NCBI GenBank assembly: GCA_050951545.1
Contig: JBMNJG010000012.1
Coordinates: forward strand, 365,382-429,381
Source of the DNA: Limnochordia bacterium
Lineage (GTDB): Bacteria > Bacillota > Limnochordia > DTU080
DNA: 64,000 nucleotides
Reading direction: 5' to 3'
The position numbers and the translations under genes were made by a program. Shown one piece after another: positions 9,535-17,291 of this stretch (the first letter of the stretch is position 1; every line of letters starts with the position of its first letter). The notes under the pieces were generated by a model. The model had not been told where the DNA came from. It saw nothing but the letters and a program-made list of their open reading frames with translations, and ran no database searches.

Positions 9535-9927
9535 GTGTCGACCATCTTGACGGAGAAAGATCTTCTTTCCTCTGGTTTGCTGACAATCAAGCATATGGCC
9601 ATGCTCTATAACGATGTGGCCAGTCAGACCGATGACCCGAAGCTTGCCCAAGAGATGTGCGAGATGATCAATGAAGAACACCATGCACGTATCCGGGTGT
9701 TCGAGGCTATGCGCCAAAGAGGCTGGTACAACCCTAAGCCGATAGGTGAACAGCAGCTGCGTCAGACGCAACAGCAGCTGGCGCAGACCAGCCAGAACCA
9801 ACAGTCCTGGAGCGGCACACAGAGTACTGCTTGGCAGCAGCAGGCAAGCACCCAACAGCCATACGCTTGGCAGGGTCAAACACCCTGGCCCGGCATGACG
9901 CAATCAGCCAACCGTCCGTCGCAGTAA
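9535..9927 (+). CDS. Coat F domain spore coat protein with Gln-rich tail
   Basis: LTEKDLL..Y..ASQTDDPKL..VFEAMRQRGWY, typical of the Coat F family. Confidence 0.75.
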   Translation: MSTILTEKDLLSSGLLTIKHMAMLYNDVASQTDDPKLAQEMCEMINEEHHARIRVFEAMRQRGWYNPKPIGEQQLRQTQQQLAQTSQNQQSWSGTQSTAWQQQASTQQPYAWQGQTPWPGMTQSANRPSQ

Positions 9928-9933
9928 GAACCG

Positions 9934-9956
9934 GGGCGCCATCAGCGATGGCGCCC
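9934..9956. terminator. Hairpin between convergent genes
   Basis: gggcgccatc-agc-gatggcgccc, a perfect 10-bp stem. Confidence 0.55.
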
Positions 9957-11288
9957 TGTGTTAGCGCGTATCCAACGACCACTCGGTTTGCCCACTGGTT
10001 CGCCATCGCGAGCGACGAGTCGGCCCCGCAAGAGGGTCGCCACTGGGGCTCCCTGCCCTCGCCAACCCACAAATGGGGTGCTGCGCGCCAGACTATGCAG
10101 CTGCTCAGTCTCAATGCACCAGTGCTTCGAGAGGTCAACCATCACGATATCAGCCCAAGCACCCGGACGTAGATGCCCTTTGCCCTGGAGACTGAAGATG
10201 GTGGCCGGGTTCGCACAGCAACAGCGCACAATGTCGCACAGGCTGCATCTTCCCTGACGCACCGCTTCCAGCATCAGTGGCAGCAGAGTCTCCACGCCTA
10301 GGGCACCCCCAGGGGCTTCCCAGACGCCACTCTCCTTCTCACTGGCCAGGTGCGGCGCATGATCCGTGGCGATAATATCAAGCACGCCAGAGCGAAGCCC
10401 GTACCATAGCTGATCTTGATCATCTTGGTGACGCACAGGTGGTAACACCTTCATGGCCGGGCCTATGGTTGGGAAATCCTCGGCCGTCAAGAACAGATAG
10501 GGCGGACAAGTCTCAGCTGTAACTGGCCAACCGATCGCCTTGGCCTGCCTTATCACCTCTACTGCCTCGGCCAGACTCACATGGGCGATGTGCACGGCTG
10601 CTCCAGTATGCCCGGCAAGGCGACAGATGCTTGCTGTCGTTGACACTTCCCCGAACTCCGGACGGGAAGCTAGCAGATGGCGATAATCATCACCATGGCT
10701 CTTAGCGCGAGGGGTCCAGTACTCGATCACGTCGCGCTCTTCTGCATGAACCACGAGCGGCAGGCGCGTGTCGGCCAACATGGCACAGACATCCAGGAGC
10801 TCTCCCCACCCCGGAGCCTGCAGATCCCCCGTTGTCGGCCCCAAAAACAGCTTGAAGCCCACGCTGCCTGCTTCGATGATTCTCTGTAGCTCGCGAGCAG
10901 ACCCCGGAGTCAGTGCAGCAAAGAGCCCCACATCAACCTGGGCTTGGTCCTCGATCAGCTGGCCCTTGCTGACCAGCGTCTCAGCGTCGACAACTGGCGG
11001 GAGCGTGTTGGGCATGTCTAAGACGGTGGTTACACCAGCGCAAGCAGCTGCCCTAGTTCCGGTAGCAATCGTCTCTTTGTGCACGAGACCCGGCTCGCGC
11101 AGATGCACATGCGCATCGATGAGACCTGGCAACACATACAGGCCATCTGCATCTATGACCTCCTGTGCTGAGCATGCCTGCCCAGGGGCCAAGAGCTTCG
11201 CGATCATGCCGTCACTTACGCCGACGTCAGCTTTGAAGAGAGCACGGGGAGTGACAAGCGTCCCTCCCCGTATGAGGAGATCGACCAC
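9942..11288 (-). CDS. Cyclic amidohydrolase (dihydroorotase/allantoinase family), specificity uncertain
   Basis: PGLIDAHVHLREPG, DMPNT, GFKLF, VHAE, HIAHVS and TDHAPH motifs. The start overlaps the kamA stop. Confidence 0.85.
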   Translation of the reverse strand: MVDLLIRGGTLVTPRALFKADVGVSDGMIAKLLAPGQACSAQEVIDADGLYVLPGLIDAHVHLREPGLVHKETIATGTRAAACAGVTTVLDMPNTLPPVVDAETLVSKGQLIEDQAQVDVGLFAALTPGSARELQRIIEAGSVGFKLFLGPTTGDLQAPGWGELLDVCAMLADTRLPLVVHAEERDVIEYWTPRAKSHGDDYRHLLASRPEFGEVSTTASICRLAGHTGAAVHIAHVSLAEAVEVIRQAKAIGWPVTAETCPPYLFLTAEDFPTIGPAMKVLPPVRHQDDQDQLWYGLRSGVLDIIATDHAPHLASEKESGVWEAPGGALGVETLLPLMLEAVRQGRCSLCDIVRCCCANPATIFSLQGKGHLRPGAWADIVMVDLSKHWCIETEQLHSLARSTPFVGWRGQGAPVATLLRGRLVARDGEPVGKPSGRWIRANTGRHR

Positions 11289-12613
11289 TACTTCCGCTCC
11301 TTAGTGCAACCATTGTGGCACAGTGATCGCGCAGGAATGTCTTGAGCCACTACTGCAGGCAGGCCCGGCTGGCCAGCAACCGCCCGCTCGTACTGCTGCG
11401 GCTCGGCAAAGTGGCTATCATGGTGCAGCAGACCTGCAACCCCCCGCTGAGGGGTAGCCTCCTGGCAGTAACGGCACGTCTTTGGATCATGGGTTTCCCC
11501 ACGCTCCGGTTCAGGGTATGAGACCACGCGTCCTTCGTAGTTGCGCAGCACCGTTCTGCTGGGGGATTGGGATAGCACGTAGTTGGGTGCTACTGGGATC
11601 TTGCCCCCTCCACCGGGGGCGTCGACCACAAAAGTGGGTACCGCGTATCCCGAAACATGCCCTCGTAGATGCTCGATGATCTCAATCCCCTTGGATACAG
11701 GGGTGCGGAAACGCTCAAGCCCTTCGGATAGATCACACTGATAGAGGTAGTACGGCCGGACACGCGTCTTGACCAGAAGCTGGACGAGTTTCCTCTGGAT
11801 GTTCACGCAGTCATTGACACCGCGCAGCAGAACCGTCTGATTCCCCAAGGGTATGCCAGCATCACTGAGGTGCCCGCACGCGGCCACCGCCTCTGGAGTC
11901 AGTTCCTGTGGATGGTTGAAGTGTGTGTTGACCCAGATCGGATGGTACTTACGCAGTGTTTCACATAGCTCTCGTGTGATGCGGAAGGGGTTCGTCACAG
12001 GCATGCGCGTCCCGATGCGAATCACTTCCACGTGGGGAATCTCCCGAAGCCGACTCAGAAGGTAGTCCAGACGGGTATCCGAGAGGGAGAGCGGATCGCC
12101 ACCAGACACTAGCACGTCGCGAATTGCTGGTGTCGAACGAATGTACTCAAGAGCTTTCTCAAGTGCAGCCTTGGGAATGCCCCCCTCTTGCGCACCAACC
12201 AGGCGCCGACGAGTGCAATGACGGCAGTAGGTCGCACACATCTCAGTCACTAGAAGGAGAACGCGATCGGGGTAGCGATGGGTAACAAAAGGCACTGGCG
12301 AATCGGCATCCTCATGCAGAGGGTCGTGCAGATCGTAAGAGCCTAGCGTTCCCTCCTGATCGACAGGGACAGCCTGTAGACGGATGGGGCACTGCGCATT
12401 GTCCGGATCCATCAGCAGCGCGTAGTAAGGCGTGATACCAACTGCAAAAGCACCATGGGCATAGGTGATCCCCGCCTCCTCGGCTGGGGTAAGGTTGATC
12501 ACCTGGCTCAGCTCCTCACAGGCGCCCAGGCGGTGGCGCATCTGCCATCTCCAGTCTTGCCACATGTCGGAAGGTACCTCCCGCCATAGCGAGATCTCCC
12601 GATAATCGCGCAT
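11288..12613 (-). CDS. kamA: Lysine 2,3-aminomutase (radical SAM/PLP, KamA/AblA family)
   Basis: HRYPDRV, CATYCRHCTRRR, SGGDPL, YQCDLSEG and FVVDAPGGGGK (PLP Lys); C-terminal CRYC. Confidence 0.9.
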   Translation of the reverse strand: MRDYREISLWREVPSDMWQDWRWQMRHRLGACEELSQVINLTPAEEAGITYAHGAFAVGITPYYALLMDPDNAQCPIRLQAVPVDQEGTLGSYDLHDPLHEDADSPVPFVTHRYPDRVLLLVTEMCATYCRHCTRRRLVGAQEGGIPKAALEKALEYIRSTPAIRDVLVSGGDPLSLSDTRLDYLLSRLREIPHVEVIRIGTRMPVTNPFRITRELCETLRKYHPIWVNTHFNHPQELTPEAVAACGHLSDAGIPLGNQTVLLRGVNDCVNIQRKLVQLLVKTRVRPYYLYQCDLSEGLERFRTPVSKGIEIIEHLRGHVSGYAVPTFVVDAPGGGGKIPVAPNYVLSQSPSRTVLRNYEGRVVSYPEPERGETHDPKTCRYCQEATPQRGVAGLLHHDSHFAEPQQYERAVAGQPGLPAVVAQDIPARSLCHNGCTKERK

Positions 12614-12746
12614 GATATACGTATCACTCCCGTAAGCGGGCATGTCGGCGGCCCGCGATTTTCCTCAGTGATCGTGTCGGCAGCTGCTCTCGGTGTTCGC
12701 CGCTTGTGACACAAGCTTCTTACCGATGGTATACGCTGCGGCGAAC

Positions 12747-14168
12747 TTATGATACGGCCACTGGTAACATCACAGCTTCGGTCATGCCGTGGATCGCTTT
12801 TTTGTTGAGCGGCACAACCGTGGCCAAAATGCCAGCCAGGACAGGGCTGCCACCTACTACGTAGTAATAGGGACAGAGTCGTGCCCGTCCGTGCATCCTA
12901 CGTATGGCCCCCACCTCAAAGTCATAGTACGAAACAGTCAGCTTCCGTCCTTTGTGGAACTCCTGCAGAATATGCGGCGTTTGCTCAAAGGCCCCAAGGG
13001 CCTTGTCGATAATGGCCTCCCACTCCTGTGAGGAGACATCGTGGCCAATGGTCACTCCTCTGCTTCCCCAGGCTTCTGGCGAGAAGCCGGAAGGCTTTAT
13101 CACCAGTTGGCGTTCGCGCTGCGTCGCACGGGACAGCTGTCGAAAATCCGTGACGGGTGAACCGCTCAGCGTCAGATGCGGAATCACCGCATGTGGTGGC
13201 AGCGGCCGCTTATCCATTATCCAAGTCCGAGGAAGTACCTTCTGTAAAGACGCCAAGTCCTGTTCGCCTAACGCTTGGCGCCAGGTAGCAGAGAGCACTG
13301 GATGGTCCAACAGCGCAAACAGAAGCTTCTCCTCCAGATAGCTCTTGAGTGGGGGAGAGACCGCCACCATCTCCTTGCGGATAGCATACAGGATCAGATC
13401 GATCTGTGGAATGTTTTTCAGGTCAAACAACTCGAAGAATCGGTAGAGAATATCGATCCTCTCGCTGCCGAGTAGTAACCCATCGTCACAGAAGATGAGC
13501 TCCCTTGGATGACATACCTGGGTGCGCAGGCCCGTCTCAGTGAGCCGCTGCGCCAGCCACACCATCTCGCCACGGTAGTCATCAGACTCGTCGCTTACCG
13601 TGATGACCACGAAAGGATCGTCTACTTCTGGCCGCAACTGCCGCAGGGCGGCAGCAAAATGCCTGATGATGCCATCCGATCCCCCCACGAGCTCGAAGCC
13701 CATCTTCGTATACTGCTGCATCAGAAAGGCTAGAAGCCCCATCCCTCCCGGCACGGAATCCAGTTCAGTCACTGCCAGCCCCTGGTCTGTGATCAGTACG
13801 TCTGGCCGTATCACAAGGGGCAGGTCTGTTCGGAAACGGTTGAGACGGGCGTACTCCAACACTCTCTCTGGCTTTCCTTGGTCAAGATACTCGTGGAAGA
13901 AGCTGGGGATGCTGCCCCTAACACTGCGCTGGTAGAGTTGATTGGCGGAAGCATAGAAAGCGTAAAACACCTCCCCCAACTCGTCGAGGGCCTTGACGGT
14001 CTCCTTGTCGACAAACAGCGGATCGGGTGAAAGCCGGAAGGTGCTGTTCTGCCCGGGATGCACTGCGCGTTGCGCACCCGCGAAAAGCTCAAGGCCCCCC
14101 ATGGCCTTGTTTAGCTGCAACACTCGTTCTCGCTGTGCGTCGCCGCCTTTATGGGCAGTTGATGACAT
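12747..14168 (-). CDS. Uncharacterised ATP-grasp amide ligase (glutathionylspermidine synthase/circularly permuted ATP-grasp-like)
   Basis: IRPDVL..TELDSVPGG (RxD..ExN/D metal-ATP motif), LYRFFELF, EEK, VIKPS..WGSRGV and ILQEF. Confidence 0.7.
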   Translation of the reverse strand: MSSTAHKGGDAQRERVLQLNKAMGGLELFAGAQRAVHPGQNSTFRLSPDPLFVDKETVKALDELGEVFYAFYASANQLYQRSVRGSIPSFFHEYLDQGKPERVLEYARLNRFRTDLPLVIRPDVLITDQGLAVTELDSVPGGMGLLAFLMQQYTKMGFELVGGSDGIIRHFAAALRQLRPEVDDPFVVITVSDESDDYRGEMVWLAQRLTETGLRTQVCHPRELIFCDDGLLLGSERIDILYRFFELFDLKNIPQIDLILYAIRKEMVAVSPPLKSYLEEKLLFALLDHPVLSATWRQALGEQDLASLQKVLPRTWIMDKRPLPPHAVIPHLTLSGSPVTDFRQLSRATQRERQLVIKPSGFSPEAWGSRGVTIGHDVSSQEWEAIIDKALGAFEQTPHILQEFHKGRKLTVSYYDFEVGAIRRMHGRARLCPYYYVVGGSPVLAGILATVVPLNKKAIHGMTEAVMLPVAVS

Positions 14169-14489
14169 TCAGTTGCCTCCTCTATGTGTCGGCACCGACC
14201 GAACCGCTGTTTGGACGAATGGCGCCTGGGCTGATATCGTCTTAAGCTCAATGCCGTTGTCGGCGAAGGCCTTGGTGTTGACTCGACACTGAATCAGTGG
14301 GCCACTTTTCTCACCAATAACCAGTCCTGCATCACGCAACACCTTCAGGTGGTGTGACAGGGTGGGCTGAGGAAGCCCCAGGTGACATGCCAGGTCACAT
14401 ACGCACCGCTCTTGATCTTGCAGGCTAGCGATAATCCGCAGCCGAGTTTCGTCCCCTAAGGCCTTGAATATGCGCACAAGATTGGGCAC
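14169..14489 (-). CDS. ArsR/SmtB family metalloregulator
   Basis: FKALGDETRLRI, ERCVCDL and SHHLKVLRDAGLV. The stop directly abuts the ATP-grasp ATG. Confidence 0.92.
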   Translation of the reverse strand: MPNLVRIFKALGDETRLRIIASLQDQERCVCDLACHLGLPQPTLSHHLKVLRDAGLVIGEKSGPLIQCRVNTKAFADNGIELKTISAQAPFVQTAVRSVPTHRGGN

Positions 14490-14508
14490 AACCTACCCCC
14501 CACAGCTG

Positions 14509-14538
14509 ATCTATTCATATGTAAGCATATGCAGATAT
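14509..14538 (-). promoter_or_regulatory. Putative ArsR operator (AT-rich imperfect inverted repeat)
   Basis: atctattcatatgtaagcatatgcagatat lies just upstream of arsR and overlaps a possible TTGGCA-16-TATGCT promoter. Confidence 0.45.
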
Positions 14539-14721
14539 TTGCCCATGCCAATGTATCAATACGCTCATGCTCGGTCACTATTCATCTCCACAGGGGGAGC
14601 CTCCTTCTTGTTCACGGAAAGTTTACGTTATACAGTAGGCCAAACCTCGACTCCAGATATGGTAGAGTAGTGGATAGAGTCTCGGCCGGGAAACTGCTGC
14701 TCGGCTACGGAGGAGCATCGC

Positions 14722-16434
14722 ATGGAAGTCATCAAGATCACTCCTCGCGGATACTGCTACGGCGTGGTTGACGCCATAAAAAAAGCTAGAGAGGCCGCAC
14801 TCAATCCTGATGTGCCCCGCCCCATTTATATTCTGGGGCTCATCGTCCACAACAGACACGTCGTGGATAGACTGCGGGATGAACATGGCGTTATATCGCT
14901 GGATGGGACTGATCGGTTAGCCCTTCTCAATAGTATTGACAAGGGCACGGTGATCTTCACAGCACATGGTGTCTCGCCAGAAGTAAAACGGCAGGCTGAA
15001 GCTAGAGGGCTGACCTGCATCGATGCCACCTGTCCGGATGTGACGCGCACCCATATTCTAGTACAGCAGTTGGCGAAGCGCGGCTACCACATCATTTATG
15101 TGGGCAAGTCCGGTCATCCCGAATCCGAAGGCGTGCTCGGAGAGGCGCCTGATCATGTACATCTCGTAGAGAATGCTGCGGATGTGGATGCGCTACAACT
15201 GCCGTGTGGGCCTCTCGCTGTGACCACGCAGACTACCCTGAGCCAATGGGATACGAGCGATCTCATTGCCCATATCTGCCAGCGCTACCCCCGCATAGAG
15301 GTGCACAACGAGATATGTCTCGCTACCCAAGAACGTCAGGCTGCCGCTGTGGAAGCCGCCGCTGATGTGGATGTAGTGATTGTGGTCGGAGACTCCCGGT
15401 CCAACAACTCCAACCGCCTCGTACAGGTGGTAAAAGAGAGGGCGCATAAGCCAGCCTATCTCGTCGACAACGCGCAAAGCATTCGACCAGAGTGGCTTGT
15501 CGGCAGCAAGCGGGTAGCGGTCACCGCTGGATCGTCTACCCCCACTGGGCTCACCCGAGACGTGATTGAAACTCTCGAACGGTGGCCCGTAGCGACGCCT
15601 GTCGTGGACCCAATGGAACTGGCCCGCTCTCACTATGAGAACTTCACCGTCTTGTCATGGTTGCTGCCTGGCACTTTGCGCCAAGACGTTGCCAATCTTT
15701 ACGCCTATTGCCGTACGGTAGATGATCTGGGGGACGAAGCGTCCGGAGACCGCTTGGCTCTCCTTGCCTGCTTTGAGTCTGACTTGCGTCGTTGCTTCAC
15801 AGCGACGCCTGAGCATCCGGTCTTAATCGCCTTGCAGCAGACTATTCGGCGTCATGATCTTCCTGAAGAGCCCTTTTTACGCTTGATCACCGCTAATCGG
15901 CGAGATCAGCAGAAAACGCGCTATGCCACATGGGAGCAGCTACTCGATTACTGCACCTACTCGGCCAATCCAGTGGGTCGGCTCTACCTGCACATCATTG
16001 GCTACACGGACTCTACACGCCACATGCTGGCAGACGCAACCTGCACGGCACTGCAGTTGGTGAATTTCTGGCAGGATATCTCTCGCGACGCCAAGATGGG
16101 GCGTCTGTACATCCCTCAACAGGCGCTACAGGCCGCCGGGGTAAGCGAGAGCGACGTGTTCGAGGCAAGGGATTCGGCATCCTCAGCGGCTCTGGCAGGC
16201 CAGTTATGTGACTATACCCGGAGTTTTTTTGAGCGTGGTTTGGCTTTGCTGCCCATGCTGCCCTGGCCCCACCGCTATAACGTACGTTTGTTCTCTGCTG
16301 GCGGCATGGCCATTCTCAGAGCTGTCGAACAGCATCAACACACCGCTCTGTCTCAGCGGCCAGTATTGTCCAGGTCGCAGAAATGCGGCCTCGCTCTTCG
16401 GGCGCTCCTGCCGCGACCTCTCGGAGGTGTGTAG
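14722..16434 (+). CDS. ispH-hpnC: Fusion of IspH (HMBPP reductase) and HpnC (hydroxysqualene synthase)
   Basis: N-terminal GYCYGV, DATCPDV, EICLATQERQ, SNNS and AGSSTP; C-terminal LARSHYENF, RTVDDLGDE, SANPVGR and LQLVNFWQD; one frame with no stop. Confidence 0.88.
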   Translation: MEVIKITPRGYCYGVVDAIKKAREAALNPDVPRPIYILGLIVHNRHVVDRLRDEHGVISLDGTDRLALLNSIDKGTVIFTAHGVSPEVKRQAEARGLTCIDATCPDVTRTHILVQQLAKRGYHIIYVGKSGHPESEGVLGEAPDHVHLVENAADVDALQLPCGPLAVTTQTTLSQWDTSDLIAHICQRYPRIEVHNEICLATQERQAAAVEAAADVDVVIVVGDSRSNNSNRLVQVVKERAHKPAYLVDNAQSIRPEWLVGSKRVAVTAGSSTPTGLTRDVIETLERWPVATPVVDPMELARSHYENFTVLSWLLPGTLRQDVANLYAYCRTVDDLGDEASGDRLALLACFESDLRRCFTATPEHPVLIALQQTIRRHDLPEEPFLRLITANRRDQQKTRYATWEQLLDYCTYSANPVGRLYLHIIGYTDSTRHMLADATCTALQLVNFWQDISRDAKMGRLYIPQQALQAAGVSESDVFEARDSASSAALAGQLCDYTRSFFERGLALLPMLPWPHRYNVRLFSAGGMAILRAVEQHQHTALSQRPVLSRSQKCGLALRALLPRPLGGV

Positions 16435-17291
16435 TGGATCATTCTCTAGCTGATGCCTATGCTGCTTGCGCGGCGCACACTCGTGCTGAAGCCAAGAACT
16501 TCTATTACGCGTTTATTCTGTTGCCGCCGTCACGACGAAGAGCCATCTATGCACTGTATTCGTTCTGCCGTACCGTGGATGATGCAGCCGATCTTGCGCC
16601 TTCTGTGGCGGAAGCGGAGTCTCAGCTCAACAGCCTACGCCATGATCTGACATTGTGCCTTTCAGGATGTCCGTCGGGCCCGCTGTTTGCTGCTCTTGCG
16701 GACACCATTGCCCGCTTTGGCGTGAAGTCTGAGCATCTGATGGCAGTGATCGACGGAGTTCAGCAAGACCTCACTGTCACGCGTTACGACAACTTTGAAC
16801 AGCTACGAGAGTATTGCTGGAAAGTGGCCAGTGCTGTGGGATTACTCTCATTGCCGGTTTTTGGCTATCGCGACCCGCAGGCTGTGGAGTATGCTGAAGA
16901 TCTAGGTCTCGCCATGCAGCTTACGAACATTTTGCGTGACATCAAAGAGGATCTCGAGCGGGGGCGTATCTACTTGCCCCAGGATGAGCTGTCAAGTTAC
17001 GGCATCAGGGAGGAGGCACTAGCCAGCGGTGTGGTAGACGAGGCATTCCGCGATTTTCTCGCATTTCAGGTGCGGCGGGCGCGTCACTACTTTCAGTCCG
17101 GTAGCCGCCTCATTCCGTTGGTATCGTACTCCTCTCGCATTTGTCCCATGATGCTGCAAGCCTTGTACTCTCGAGTCTTGGACCACATTGAGCGAGCAGG
17201 CTACGACGTTTTCTCTCAGCGACGAGGGCCTTCAGATGCCGAGAAGGTATTCCTCCTCTTAGGAGCGTGTCTGCGATGTCTTCTTCCGTAG
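16434..17291 (+). CDS. hpnD: Presqualene diphosphate synthase HpnD
   Basis: AKNFYYAF, FCRTVDDAAD, VASAVG, QLTNILRDIKED and GRIYLP. The GTG overlaps the upstream TAG. Confidence 0.85.
   Translation: MDHSLADAYAACAAHTRAEAKNFYYAFILLPPSRRRAIYALYSFCRTVDDAADLAPSVAEAESQLNSLRHDLTLCLSGCPSGPLFAALADTIARFGVKSEHLMAVIDGVQQDLTVTRYDNFEQLREYCWKVASAVGLLSLPVFGYRDPQAVEYAEDLGLAMQLTNILRDIKEDLERGRIYLPQDELSSYGIREEALASGVVDEAFRDFLAFQVRRARHYFQSGSRLIPLVSYSSRICPMMLQALYSRVLDHIERAGYDVFSQRRGPSDAEKVFLLLGACLRCLLP

Noticed and set aside
11288-12613. Alternative calls: glutamate 2,3-aminomutase or EpmB
   Set aside because: The lysine-binding Asp residues are retained; length and the C-terminal Cys motif fit KamA; no epmA or efp nearby.
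9942-14489. Arsinothricin (arsQML) cluster, suggested by ArsR plus a radical SAM gene
   Set aside because: The radical SAM enzyme is a PLP-type aminomutase rather than ArsL, and there is no ArsM.
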